64,000 nucleotides of DNA from an uncultured Acidimicrobiia bacterium (GTDB taxonomy: Bacteria > Actinomycetota > Acidimicrobiia > Spongiisociales > ZC4RG35), in the NCBI GenBank assembly GCA_963772815.1, contig CAVYYV010000005.1:318626-382625 (forward strand). The letters are read 5' to 3'. Each line of letters opens with the position of its first letter. The first letter of the stretch is position 1. A program made the translations under genes and the position numbers. Below the pieces are notes generated by a model. The model saw only the letters and a list, made by a program, of their open reading frames with translations, had not been told where the DNA came from and searched no databases. This document shows, piece after piece, positions 30,463-40,636 of the stretch.

Positions 30463-32301
30463 ATGGCTCGAGCAGTAGGCATCGACCTCGGCACCACCAA
30501 CTCGGTCATCGCCACCCTCGAGGGAGGCGACCCGACCGTCATACCCAATGCAGAGGGAGCCCGCACCACCCCGTCGGTGGTGGCCTTCAAGGACGGTGAG
30601 ATCCTCGTGGGCGAGGTGGCCAAGCGCCAGGCCATAACCAATCCCGACAAGACCGTCCGCTCCATCAAGCGCCACATGGGCGAAGACTGGAAGATCGAAG
30701 CCGACGGCAAGACCTACACCCCCCAGGAGATCTCGGCCCGCATTCTCATGAAGCTGAAGCGGGACGCCGAGTCGTATCTGGGTGACACCGTCACCGATGC
30801 CGTCATCACCGTGCCGGCCTACTTCAACGACGCCCAGCGCCAGGCCACCAAGGAGGCCGGCCAGATCGCCGGGCTCAACGTGTCCCGGATCATCAACGAG
30901 CCCACCGCCGCCTCACTGGCCTATGGGCTGGACAAGGAGGGCGACCAAACCATCCTCGTCTTCGACCTCGGGGGCGGCACGTTCGACGTCTCCGTCCTGG
31001 AGATCGGCGAGGGCGTGTTCGAGGTCAAGTCGACCATGGGCGACACGAAGCTGGGAGGCGACGACTGGGACCAGGTCATCATCGACTGGCTGGTCAAGAC
31101 ATTCGACAACGACCACGGCGTCGACCTGAGCAAGGACCGGATGGCCGTCCAGCGGCTCAAGGAAGCGGCCGAGAAGGCCAAGATCGAGTTGTCCTCGGTT
31201 TCCGAGACCGAGATCAACCTGCCCTTCATCACCGCCACGGCCGAGGGACCGCTGCATCTCCAGCAGAAGCTGACTCGCTCGGAGTTCGAGAAGATGTCGA
31301 CCGACCTGCTCGACCGGACCAAGCCGCCCTTCCGGCAAGCAATCAAGGATGCCGGGATCGATGTCTCCAGCATCGACCACGTGGTCCTGGTGGGTGGCTC
31401 CACCCGCATGCCCGCCGTGCAGGAGGTAGTTCGCGAGCTGACCGGAAAGGAGCCGCACAAGGGCGTCAACCCCGACGAGGTGGTGGCAGCCGGTGCCGCC
31501 ATCCAGGCCGGTGTCCTCAAGGGGGACGTAAAGGACGTGCTCCTACTCGACGTCACGCCCCTCACTCTCGGCATCGAGACCAAGGGCGGGGTCATGACCA
31601 AGATGATCGAGCGCAACACCACCATCCCAACCCGCAAGTCCGAGATCTTTACAACGGCCGAGAACAACCAGCCCGAGGTCGAGATCCACGTCCTCCAGGG
31701 TGAGCGAGCCATGGCCCCCGACAACAAGAGCCTGGGCAAGTTCCGCCTCACGGGCCTGCCACCCGCACCGATGGGTGTTCCCCAGATCGAGGTCACCTTC
31801 GACATCGATGCCAACGGCATCGTGAACGTGAACGCCAAGGACAAGGCCACCGGCAAGGAGCAGGCCATGACCATCACCGGTGGATCGGCCCTCGCCGACC
31901 AGGACATCGACCGCATGGTCAAAGATGCGGAATCCTACGCCGAGGAGGACCGCAAGCGGCGCGAGGCGGTGGAGACACGCAATCAGGCCGAGCAGCTGGT
32001 CAACCAGACCGAGAAGGTGCTCTCCGAGCAGGGCGACAAGCTGACCGACGACGAGAAGTCTCCCATCGAGACTGCCATGTCCGACCTGAAGGAGGCGGTG
32101 GCCTCTGAAGACACCTCGACCGAGGATCTGCGCTCCAAGATGGAGCACCTCGCCCAGGTCTCCCAAGGTGCCTTTACCCGGATGTATCAGGAGGCCGCCG
32201 AGCAGGCACAGGCCTCCGGCGCCGGCCAGGCCACTGAGGGCGTCACGGACGACGAGGAGGTCGTGGACGCCGAGATCATCGACGAGGGTGACGAGTCGTG
32301 A
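30463..32301 (+). CDS. dnaK: molecular chaperone DnaK (Hsp70)
   Basis: 612 aa. [28 protein letters not shown] signatures. Confidence 0.97.
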   Translation: MARAVGIDLGTTNSVIATLEGGDPTVIPNAEGARTTPSVVAFKDGEILVGEVAKRQAITNPDKTVRSIKRHMGEDWKIEADGKTYTPQEISARILMKLKRDAESYLGDTVTDAVITVPAYFNDAQRQATKEAGQIAGLNVSRIINEPTAASLAYGLDKEGDQTILVFDLGGGTFDVSVLEIGEGVFEVKSTMGDTKLGGDDWDQVIIDWLVKTFDNDHGVDLSKDRMAVQRLKEAAEKAKIELSSVSETEINLPFITATAEGPLHLQQKLTRSEFEKMSTDLLDRTKPPFRQAIKDAGIDVSSIDHVVLVGGSTRMPAVQEVVRELTGKEPHKGVNPDEVVAAGAAIQAGVLKGDVKDVLLLDVTPLTLGIETKGGVMTKMIERNTTIPTRKSEIFTTAENNQPEVEIHVLQGERAMAPDNKSLGKFRLTGLPPAPMGVPQIEVTFDIDANGIVNVNAKDKATGKEQAMTITGGSALADQDIDRMVKDAESYAEEDRKRREAVETRNQAEQLVNQTEKVLSEQGDKLTDDEKSPIETAMSDLKEAVASEDTSTEDLRSKMEHLAQVSQGAFTRMYQEAAEQAQASGAGQATEGVTDDEEVVDAEIIDEGDES

Positions 32302-32353
32302 TCGAGCTGGCAATCGGTTCCGCCCTCGGGCCGGGCGACGGCCCCTATCGGGT

Positions 32354-32962
32354 GTGGTGGTCGACGTGACCGAGCGCGAGCAAGAAGCCGCCGTGGAGGC
32401 GGAAGTGGTCTCCGAAGGCCACCCCGAGGTGGTCACCGCCGAACCGCCCACCGCCGACGACCTGGGACTCGACCTGCCCGAGGATTCCCAGGCAGCGCGG
32501 GAGCTGTTGTTGACCAAGCTGGCCGAGGCCCGCGAAGAGGCATCGTCTTATCTGGATGACCTCAAACGCGTGGCGGCCGACTTCGACAACTTCCGTCGCC
32601 GCGCCATCCGCGAGCAAGCCGAGACCACGCAGCGAGCCGCAGAGCGGGTGGTGGCAGACCTCTTGCCTGCCCTGGACAGCTTCGACGCCGCGGTTGCGGT
32701 GGAGGCCTCGACCGAAGCTGAGAGGAAGCTTCTGGCCGGCATGTTGCGCACCCACGACCAGCTGCTGGGGATCCTCGCCAACCAGGGCCTAGAAATCGTC
32801 CCGGCCGCAGGCGAGCCATTCGACCCCGAGATCCACGAGGCCGTGGTTTCTCCCTCGGAAGGAGAAGGCCGCCTCATGGTGAGCGAGGAGCTGAGGCGGG
32901 GTTACAAGCTCAAGGACCGGCTCGTCCGCCCCGCTCTGGTGGCGCTCGAGTACCAAGACTGA
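32354..32962 (+). CDS. grpE: nucleotide exchange factor GrpE
   Basis: ORF 32168..32962. Conserved part [18 protein letters not shown]...LLPALDSFD...[11 protein letters not shown] is GrpE. GTG start at ~32354 just after the dnaK stop. Confidence 0.88.
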   Translation: MVVDVTEREQEAAVEAEVVSEGHPEVVTAEPPTADDLGLDLPEDSQAARELLLTKLAEAREEASSYLDDLKRVAADFDNFRRRAIREQAETTQRAAERVVADLLPALDSFDAAVAVEASTEAERKLLAGMLRTHDQLLGILANQGLEIVPAAGEPFDPEIHEAVVSPSEGEGRLMVSEELRRGYKLKDRLVRPALVALEYQD

Positions 32963-32969
32963 GGAGCCC

Positions 32970-34112
32970 ATGAACCGCGAATGGGTCGAGAAGGACTTCT
33001 ACTCGGTTCTGGGCGTGGCTGAAGACGCCCCCCAGGACGAGATCAAGCGTGCCTATCGCAAGCTTGCCCGGAAGCTGCATCCCGACGCCAACCCCGGCGA
33101 CACCACCGCCGAGGAGCGGTTCAAGGAGGTTTCGGAGGCCTACGCAACTTTGTCGGACCCCGAGCAGCGCAAGGAGTATGACCAGGTGCGGAGGCTCGCC
33201 TCGTCCGGCGGGTTCGGGGCCGGAGGCTTCGGTGGAGGCGGCTTCGGCGGCCAGCAGGTGCGGGTCGAGGACGTCTCAGACCTGTTCGGAGGTCTCGGTG
33301 GCCTGGGCGATCTATTCGGCGGAGCCGGGGCCCGGGGAGGCCGGCGAGCCGGGGCTGCGCCCGTCCGCGGCACCAACACGTCCTCGGACCTGACCATCTC
33401 CTTCGACGAGGCCTTCTCCGGACTCACCACCTCCCTACAGCTGCGCGGCCAAGCCGCCTGCTCCCACTGCGGAGGGACGGGGGCCGAACCACCCGGTCGG
33501 CCCAAGAGCTGCCCGACCTGCGGGGGAACGGGTTCGGTGGCGCGCAACCAGGGTTTCTTCTCCTTCAGCGAGGCCTGCCCGCAATGCCGGGGCTCGGGCG
33601 CGATCATCGACGAGCCGTGCACGGTGTGCCGCGGATCGGGCTCCGAGGTGCGAACCCGCTCCATCAGGGTGCGCATCCCGGCCGGGGTCAAAGACGGCGC
33701 CACCATCCGCATCACGGGCAAGGGCGGGCCGGGCCGCAACGGAGGGCCTCCCGGGGACCTGCTTGTCAAGGTGCATGTGACACCTCATCCGATCTTCGGA
33801 AGGTCGGGAAACAACCTGACGGTGACGGTCCCCATCTCCTTTTCGGAGGCGGCTCTGGGCACCAAGCTGGCCGTACCCACGATGAACGGGCCGGTCAGGA
33901 TCAAGATCCCGGCCGGCACCCAATCCGGGAAGGTGTTCCGGGTTCGCGACAAGGGTGTGACGGGAGGACGAGGCCACTCCGGCGATCTGATGGCTCGGGT
34001 GGAGATCCAGGTCCCCGAGAAGCTGTCCAAGGACGAGAAGAAGCTGCTCGAGCAACTCGACACGTACGAGACCGCCGACATGCGCGGTCACTTCGAGCCG
34101 TACCTGGAATGA
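32970..34112 (+). CDS. dnaJ: molecular chaperone DnaJ
   Basis: 380 aa. J domain with HPD ([10 protein letters not shown]), G/F-rich region, four CxxCxGxG zinc-finger repeats ([32 protein letters not shown]). Confidence 0.95.
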   Translation: MNREWVEKDFYSVLGVAEDAPQDEIKRAYRKLARKLHPDANPGDTTAEERFKEVSEAYATLSDPEQRKEYDQVRRLASSGGFGAGGFGGGGFGGQQVRVEDVSDLFGGLGGLGDLFGGAGARGGRRAGAAPVRGTNTSSDLTISFDEAFSGLTTSLQLRGQAACSHCGGTGAEPPGRPKSCPTCGGTGSVARNQGFFSFSEACPQCRGSGAIIDEPCTVCRGSGSEVRTRSIRVRIPAGVKDGATIRITGKGGPGRNGGPPGDLLVKVHVTPHPIFGRSGNNLTVTVPISFSEAALGTKLAVPTMNGPVRIKIPAGTQSGKVFRVRDKGVTGGRGHSGDLMARVEIQVPEKLSKDEKKLLEQLDTYETADMRGHFEPYLE

Positions 34113-34122
34113 TGGTGGCGTC

Positions 34123-34518
34123 ATGAGCGACAGGTCCCGCAGGCGAGCCCTCTTCGTGATCTCGGTGGCCGCCGAGTTGGCGGGCATGCATCCCCAAACG
34201 CTTCGCATATACGAGCGTCGCGGGCTGATCGAGCCTTACCGCACTCCCGGAGGCACTCGACGCTACTCGCAGGAGGACATCGAGCGTCTGCGCCTCATCG
34301 CCGAACTGACCGGCCAGGGCTTGAACCTGGAGGGGGTCAAGCAGGTGATGGAGCTGCAAGACGAGATCGACCGTCTCAAGGGCGAAGTCGAGAAGATGGA
34401 GGATAAGATCGACGAGCTCAGCGCCGAGGCGGACGAGAAAATACGCGAGATCCACCGTTCGTACCGTCACGAGATCGTGCTCCGCTCCAACCTGCTCCCC
34501 GACGTTCCCCGCAAGTAG
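34123..34518 (+). CDS. hspR: heat-shock repressor HspR (MerR family)
   Basis: 131 aa. MerR-type HTH (FVISVAAELAGMHPQTLRIYERRGLIEPYRTPGGTRRYSQEDIERLRLI) plus a coiled-coil C-terminus. Immediately downstream of dnaJ, as in actinobacterial dnaK operons. Confidence 0.85.
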   Translation: MSDRSRRRALFVISVAAELAGMHPQTLRIYERRGLIEPYRTPGGTRRYSQEDIERLRLIAELTGQGLNLEGVKQVMELQDEIDRLKGEVEKMEDKIDELSAEADEKIREIHRSYRHEIVLRSNLLPDVPRK

Positions 34519-34591
34519 AGAGCCGCTGGATCGCCCAAGTCCGATAAGGACATCTACGCTCATTCCGTTCACCGACCGAGGACTATCCACC

Positions 34592-35380
34592 TTGTATCTA
34601 CAGATTCACGGCGCCCGAGGCTCGATGCCGGTCGGCACATCCGAGTTTGCTCGCTACGGAGGCGACACAACCTGCTACTCGCTTCACCACGACGACGGTT
34701 CGGTGATAGCCATCGTGGACGCCGGTACCGGCTTGCGCAGCATCTTGCCCGATGTCCCCGGGGTCGGTGCTACCTACAACATCGTGCTGACTCACTACCA
34801 CTGGGATCACATCCAGGGCCTGTCCATGTGTGCCCCGATGTGGCGGCGTGACATCACCCTTCGTATCTTCGGTCCCGATCACCCGGCCCGCGCCATCGGC
34901 GACGCCATCACCCCTCCCTGGTTCCCGGTCTCGATCCGGGACGCGGACGTCGAGTTCGAAGCTTCTCCCGAGTCCTTCGAGATCGACGGTGTCTCCGTTA
35001 CGAGCTTTCCGCTCCATCATCCCCAGGGAGGACTGGGATATCGCTTCGACTTCGAGGGTCAGGCCATCGTTGTGGCGACCGATCACGAGGCCGGAACCGA
35101 CGCCGATCGGGTACTCGTGGAGATGTCCCACGACGCCGACATCCTGGTCCACGACGCGCAGTACCTCCCCGAGGAGATCGAGCAGAAGAAGGGGTGGGGA
35201 CACAGCACGTGGGAACAGGCCACCAAGATCTCGGCCGAAGCCGGCGTTGATCATCTGCTCTTCGGCAGTCACGACCCGAGACGCTCCGACGATGAGGTGG
35301 ACCGATTGGTGAAACAGGCCGGCGAGCGCTTCCCCAACGTCTCCGCCGCCTCCCCCAACCAGTCCTTCGTTCCCAACTGA
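34592..35380 (+). CDS. MBL-fold metallo-hydrolase
   Basis: 262 aa with HxHxDH motif (LTHYHWDHIQG) and downstream His/Asp ligands (VATDHE, HDAQY, GSHD). Confidence 0.75.
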   Translation: MYLQIHGARGSMPVGTSEFARYGGDTTCYSLHHDDGSVIAIVDAGTGLRSILPDVPGVGATYNIVLTHYHWDHIQGLSMCAPMWRRDITLRIFGPDHPARAIGDAITPPWFPVSIRDADVEFEASPESFEIDGVSVTSFPLHHPQGGLGYRFDFEGQAIVVATDHEAGTDADRVLVEMSHDADILVHDAQYLPEEIEQKKGWGHSTWEQATKISAEAGVDHLLFGSHDPRRSDDEVDRLVKQAGERFPNVSAASPNQSFVPN

Positions 35381-35487
35381 CTCCGACTACGGACATCGAC
35401 ACCCTGGGATCGCCGCCGGTCATCCTCGGTCTGTTTGTCGATGTAGCCTCAGATCACACCTAGGTCGAGCAGGCGGGACGCCACCGA

Positions 35488-38400
35488 GTGAACCCTTATC
35501 AGCGCTATCTGCCCCGACTGGTTCGCTATTGGGACGAGGACGCGCCGGGCAACCTGCACCAGGCCATCGACGGATCCATGGTGTTCGTCGACATCTCCGG
35601 ATTCACCAAGATGTCGGAGCGCCTGGCTCGCCATGGCAAGGTGGGAGCGGAAGAGGTGACGGGTGTCATAGACGACACCTTCGGGGAGCTCCTGCCGGAG
35701 GCCTACTCATTCGGGGCGAACCTCCTCAAATTCGGTGGTGACGCCCTGTTGCTGTTGTTCAACAAGGACGGTCACGCCTCCAGAGCCGCTGCGGCCGCCT
35801 ACGCCATGAGGGAAAAGCTGAAGGAGGTGGGCACCTTCCAGACCACGGCGGGACGGGTCTCGCTACGCATGTCCGTGGGTGTCCATTCCGGCAGCTTCGA
35901 CTTCTACCTCGTAGGCGCATCGCACCGTGAGCTGATCCTGGCGGGGCCGGCGGCCACCAGGGTCGTGGAGATGGAAGGTGCCGCATCCGCCGGACAGATC
36001 CTCCTCAGCCCGGAGACCGCCGCATCGCTTTCCCCCGCGTCTCTCGGCGCTGAGAGCGGGCCGGGCACCCTCCTGCGGTCGCCGCCTGAGGTGGAGCGGT
36101 TGGAGTTCCGGGCAGCCTCCAGCCCCCCGCTAGATCTGGCCCAGTTCGTCCCAACCGGCCTGCGTGGAATCCTGGCCGAATCCAGCATCGAGCCGGAGCA
36201 TCGTCCGGCTGCGGTTGCCTTTGTTCACTACACGGGGTTCGATCGCCTACGGACAGCCAATGACGGAGAGGCGACCGCTGCAGTCCTTCAGGGATTGGTC
36301 CGTTCGGTGCAGGAGGCGGCCGATCGCCACGGGGTGACGTTCCTGGCGACAGACGTGGCACCCGACGGGGGCAAGTTCATACTCACTGCCGGTGTTCCCG
36401 AGAGAAGTGGCAACGACGAGGAGCGAATGCTGCTCGCCATGAGAGAGATAACCGACAACGGGCCCCTGGAATTCGCTCTCCAGATCGGGGTCAACTGGGG
36501 CCCGGTCTTCTCGGGGGCGGTGGGACCGGCGTATCGCCGGACCTACACCGTCATGGGCGACGTGGTGAATCTCGCCGCCCGTCTCATGGCCCAGGCTCCG
36601 GCCGGGGAGATCTACGCCACCCGTGCTGTGCTGGACGGCTCACGAACCACTTTTCAGCTGGCCTCCCCAAAACCATTTCGGGTCAAGGGAAAGAAGTTGC
36701 CCATCCAGGCGCACTCGGTGGGTGACCCGGCGGGAAGTCGGGATACGACCCACCAAACCGATGTCGAGCTCATCGGCCGCCACGAGGAGCTGACGGCGCT
36801 CACTGCGATCTGGAAAGAGGTCGAGCGCGGAGCGGCCATGGTGGCCGAGGTCTCTGCCGAGGTGGGGATGGGCAAGAGCCGGCTGCTGGCGGAGTTCACC
36901 CACCGTGCCCGACCCGGTGCAATCGTTCGGGCGGAGTGCCGCCTGTATCAGAGGGCAACTCCCTACTTCCCGTTCCGGTCTCTCCTGTCAGGTCTGTGGG
37001 GTCTGAATGGCGAGGATCCGGCGGGGGACCTTGGGCGTCTGAGAAGCCTCATCAGGGCGAAGTCCCCCGAGCTCGAACCCTGGCTGGCACTCATCGGCGT
37101 GCCCGTGGGCCTGGATGTCGAAGAGTCGCCCGAGGTCATGGATCTGGAGAGTCAGTTTCGCCCCGGCCGCACCTTGTGGGCCGTTGCCAGCCTCATGCGA
37201 GCCACCATCGACGAGCCCACGCTGCTCGTGCTCGAGAACGCGCAATGGATGGACGATGTCTCCGCCGAGCTCCTCACCGGATTGGTTACGACGATGGAGA
37301 GTGAGCCGTGGATGATCCTGATCACCCGCCGACCCGGCAAGGAGGGCTTCACCGCACCGGACTCGCCCGACCTCACACGAATCGAGCTCTCACCACTCTC
37401 GTCCGAAGAAGCCACACTGTTGATTCTCGAGGCCACCGAAGACGCTCCGCTCCGCCCCAGGGATGTCGAGACCCTGGTCGAAAGGGCCGAAGGAAGGCCC
37501 TTCTTCCTCCTGGAGCTGCTCAAGGCGCTCCGCAGCGGCAGTGATGTGGAGGCTCTGCCCCACTCCGTGGAGGGTCTGATCGGTGCCCGCATCGACCAGC
37601 TCGCCCCCCAAGATCGCCACCTGCTGAGGCGACTGGCGGTACTCGGGCCCGGTTTCCAGATCGACCACACCGCCGCCGTTCTGACCGACGAGGAACGCCG
37701 ACCGGGGTGGCGAGCAAGAGCGCTCGACCGCCTGAGTGAGTTCGTTTACCCGGAGAACTCGGGCTGGACCCAGTTCCGCAACACCCTCATCAGGGACATC
37801 GCATACGAGGGCCTTCCGTTCAAGACCCGTCTGGATCTCCACGCCAGGATCGGAGACTCGATACGGCTCGAGGCCGAGCCCCATCCGGAGTCGGAGGCCG
37901 AGCTCCTGTCTCTGCACTACTTCGAGGCAAGGAGATGGAGGGAAGCCTGGCGCTACTCCTTGCTGGCTGGGAACTCGGCCAAGAACGTGTTCGCCAACCT
38001 GGCAGCAGCCACCTTTTACAGACGGGCTCTGGCTTCCGGTCGCCATGTGGATCTGGAAGCCGACCAGCGTGCCGAGGTTGCCCAGCTGCTGGGTGATGTC
38101 CTCGAGCAAGCCGGGCTCTACGACGAGGCCCTCGACGCATACCGGCGGGCAGGAACGTGGGTCGACAAAGGAGGACCGGAGCGAGCCGGCCTGTTGCTGA
38201 AACGAGCTCATGCGCGGATGAGGAAGGCCTCGTATGCCCAGGCTTTGCGTGATGCATCGGCCGGCCTTCGTCTTCTGGGCGACAAGCAATCCGTGGAGGC
38301 AGCCAGGCTCAGGGCCCAGCTGAGAGTGTTTCGCGCCACGGTTCGAATGGCACAACAACGGCCCAGAGAGTCCCTCGAGATAGCGGAGCGTGCTGCGGCC

Positions 38401-39282
38401 GACGCCCTGAAGGCGAGCGAGAAGGCCGCGCTCGCCCGGGCCTACGCCATCATGGACTGGGCCAACTTCGTCATGGGTAACCCCGAGCAGGCCACCCGCT
38501 CCCCCCAAGCCGTCGAGATCTACGAATCGCTGGGACTTCTCGACAAGGCGGCCGACGTGATCAACAACATGGGCGGCTTCTGCTTCTACCTGGGCGACTG
38601 GAAGGAAGCCACAGCCTGGGCCTCCAAGAGTCGGGACACCTATCTACGGGCGGGAAACGACGTCCAGGCGGCCATGGTCGGATCCAACCTGGGCGAGTTG
38701 CTGGTCAGTCAGCGAAGGCTGGAGGAGGCCGAACAGATCCTGATCGACTCGGTGAGGATGCTCCGTGCGGCAGGAAACCAGGACGACGCCGTGAACGCAG
38801 AGCTGCAGATGGCCCGGCTGATCGCCAAGCGGGGCGAGATCGACCAGGCCGAGGAGCGATTTCGTCGGGTTCGCCATGAAGCGCTCGAGTTGGGGCAGAC
38901 TCAGATCGCCTACGAGGCTGCCCTCCATCTAGCCGAGTGTCACGTCGAACAGGATGACAATACGAGAGCCCTCGACGAGATCACGGCAGCCCTCGAACGG
39001 GTCGACGAGGAAGCGGAATTCTTCGAGGCGAAGCGGGGGCGTATCGCCGCTGCGGCGATGCTGAACCTGGGTCGGGTAGACGAGGCGCGCGCCGAGCTGG
39101 ATTCCGCCCTCGAGGCCGCCCTGGAGCTAGGTCTCGTCTACGACGAGGCCCTGATCAGGATCGATCGTCTCCAGATGGCCAGGCGGTTGGGAGAGACGCC
39201 CGACCCCGAGGAGGCCGACGTTGCGATCCGCCTGCTCGACCGCTTGGGGATCGAGCAGGCGGTACCGGTTCCTCAGAGCTGA
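35488..39282 (+). CDS. signal-transduction protein with tandem class III adenylate/guanylate cyclase homology domains, a STAND/AAA ATPase and C-terminal TPR repeats
   Basis: 1264 aa. CHD1 ~res 30-200 (FVDISGFTKMSE...LKFGGDALLL...VGVHSG). CHD2 ~res 235-400 (VAFVHYTGFDRL...FLATDVAPDGGKFILTAG...IGVNWGPV). P-loop EVSAEVGMGKSRLLAEF, then a long helical TPR-like region. Resembles the mycobacterial cyclase-ATPase-TPR family but has no C-terminal LuxR HTH. Confidence 0.8.
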   Translation: MNPYQRYLPRLVRYWDEDAPGNLHQAIDGSMVFVDISGFTKMSERLARHGKVGAEEVTGVIDDTFGELLPEAYSFGANLLKFGGDALLLLFNKDGHASRAAAAAYAMREKLKEVGTFQTTAGRVSLRMSVGVHSGSFDFYLVGASHRELILAGPAATRVVEMEGAASAGQILLSPETAASLSPASLGAESGPGTLLRSPPEVERLEFRAASSPPLDLAQFVPTGLRGILAESSIEPEHRPAAVAFVHYTGFDRLRTANDGEATAAVLQGLVRSVQEAADRHGVTFLATDVAPDGGKFILTAGVPERSGNDEERMLLAMREITDNGPLEFALQIGVNWGPVFSGAVGPAYRRTYTVMGDVVNLAARLMAQAPAGEIYATRAVLDGSRTTFQLASPKPFRVKGKKLPIQAHSVGDPAGSRDTTHQTDVELIGRHEELTALTAIWKEVERGAAMVAEVSAEVGMGKSRLLAEFTHRARPGAIVRAECRLYQRATPYFPFRSLLSGLWGLNGEDPAGDLGRLRSLIRAKSPELEPWLALIGVPVGLDVEESPEVMDLESQFRPGRTLWAVASLMRATIDEPTLLVLENAQWMDDVSAELLTGLVTTMESEPWMILITRRPGKEGFTAPDSPDLTRIELSPLSSEEATLLILEATEDAPLRPRDVETLVERAEGRPFFLLELLKALRSGSDVEALPHSVEGLIGARIDQLAPQDRHLLRRLAVLGPGFQIDHTAAVLTDEERRPGWRARALDRLSEFVYPENSGWTQFRNTLIRDIAYEGLPFKTRLDLHARIGDSIRLEAEPHPESEAELLSLHYFEARRWREAWRYSLLAGNSAKNVFANLAAATFYRRALASGRHVDLEADQRAEVAQLLGDVLEQAGLYDEALDAYRRAGTWVDKGGPERAGLLLKRAHARMRKASYAQALRDASAGLRLLGDKQSVEAARLRAQLRVFRATVRMAQQRPRESLEIAERAAADALKASEKAALARAYAIMDWANFVMGNPEQATRSPQAVEIYESLGLLDKAADVINNMGGFCFYLGDWKEATAWASKSRDTYLRAGNDVQAAMVGSNLGELLVSQRRLEEAEQILIDSVRMLRAAGNQDDAVNAELQMARLIAKRGEIDQAEERFRRVRHEALELGQTQIAYEAALHLAECHVEQDDNTRALDEITAALERVDEEAEFFEAKRGRIAAAAMLNLGRVDEARAELDSALEAALELGLVYDEALIRIDRLQMARRLGETPDPEEADVAIRLLDRLGIEQAVPVPQS

Positions 39283-39289
39283 GCTCGGA

Positions 39290-40525
39290 TCACTTGAACC
39301 GCCAGTCGCCGAAGAACAAGACGTCCCAGGTGGTGATGCCGTCGTAATCCTGGACGACGGACACGATGCATCCCTGGTCGCCGGTGGGAATCACGGAAGC
39401 ATCCTGGCTGGCGGCTGTCTTTTCTCCAGGAGTGTCCGTACAGGGGGGCATCTCCTTGAATTGCGTATAGCCGTCGCTCCCATCCGGGTCGTAATTGAGC
39501 ACGGCATCGAACAACCCGGCCACGGGACGTTCGAAGGTGATGTCTGCCCGGTACAGAGCCACCTGGCTCGGGTCGCCCAGCTCGAAGGTCACCGTGTCCT
39601 CACCCGTCGCCGAATCGACCGCCTTCAGTGAGTAGGCCTTGGGAGTGCATGTCGGCCCATCGAGGTTCTGGTGCCGTGTGATGTTGGCGCTCGTATTCCC
39701 ATTCGTCTTGAGCCCGGTGCTTTCGCCACAATCCAGGAAGCCGTCGAAGTCCGACAGGTAGAAGATCGTGTCGTTAGCCGGGTTGTTACCGAAGTCACCA
39801 CTTCCCTCCAGAGACATCTCGCCGGCCAGAGGTTGAACCTTGATCCCGTCGAACGGACGCGCCGAATCGACCGTGACCCGGCAGTTGTCCCGGCTGCCCG
39901 CATCTGGGCCAGAATCCGAGGCAATCCTGCAGTTGGCGATCGACTCGTCGATGCTCGTGCCAGGATCGTCGGTTTTCGCCAGAGCCGTGTACGGATCGCC
40001 CGACGACCCATCCACTCCAACACCGGGTACCACCTGAGCCCCGGATCGAACCTGGAAGGTGCCGGCCACCACGCTGCCCTGGTAGGCGGTGATCAGGATC
40101 TTGGCGTCGCCCTTCAGTTCGAGGTCAAGGTCGGCCATCGACGCGAGCGGAACACCCACGAGAGTGACGGTCAGATTCTCGCTCGTGTCGATCCGACCAC
40201 ATGGCGTCCCCTGTGCCCCGCCCGACTTGACACCTATCCCGTCGTCCGACAGGCCCGGGCCCTTGGCATTACCCGTCACCTTCGCGTATGGCCCGGTGAT
40301 GGTCAGCTCGCAGCGATTGGGGCTCGCGATCGTCTGCGGAGTGTGAACGCTGCCGTCGCCATCCGTGTAGACGAACTGTCTTTGTCCGTCTGAGCCCAGA
40401 TGCAGATGCAAGGTGCCGGCGTCGTTGGGCAGATGATCCCCCAGGGCGGGAATCATCGCAATCAACATCGCCAAAGCTGCCACAACTGACAGCGCCAGGT
40501 AGACGGGACGAGATCCTCTACGCAT
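39290..40525 (-). CDS. hypothetical exported protein
   Basis: 411 aa. N-terminal membrane anchor/signal (VYLALSVVAALAMLIAMIPALG). Gly/Asp/Thr-rich with several Cys pairs. No domain recognised. Confidence 0.6.
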   Translation of the reverse strand: MRRGSRPVYLALSVVAALAMLIAMIPALGDHLPNDAGTLHLHLGSDGQRQFVYTDGDGSVHTPQTIASPNRCELTITGPYAKVTGNAKGPGLSDDGIGVKSGGAQGTPCGRIDTSENLTVTLVGVPLASMADLDLELKGDAKILITAYQGSVVAGTFQVRSGAQVVPGVGVDGSSGDPYTALAKTDDPGTSIDESIANCRIASDSGPDAGSRDNCRVTVDSARPFDGIKVQPLAGEMSLEGSGDFGNNPANDTIFYLSDFDGFLDCGESTGLKTNGNTSANITRHQNLDGPTCTPKAYSLKAVDSATGEDTVTFELGDPSQVALYRADITFERPVAGLFDAVLNYDPDGSDGYTQFKEMPPCTDTPGEKTAASQDASVIPTGDQGCIVSVVQDYDGITTWDVLFFGDWRFK

Positions 40526-40636
40526 TTGATGGCCTCCCAGACCCTCAGCCCACTGAAAGGGCAGACCGGGGGTCCGCCCTGTTACGAAGAGAACGGTACT
40601 CGCAGAACGAGGACTCTGCGCCGAATAGGGGCCCTC

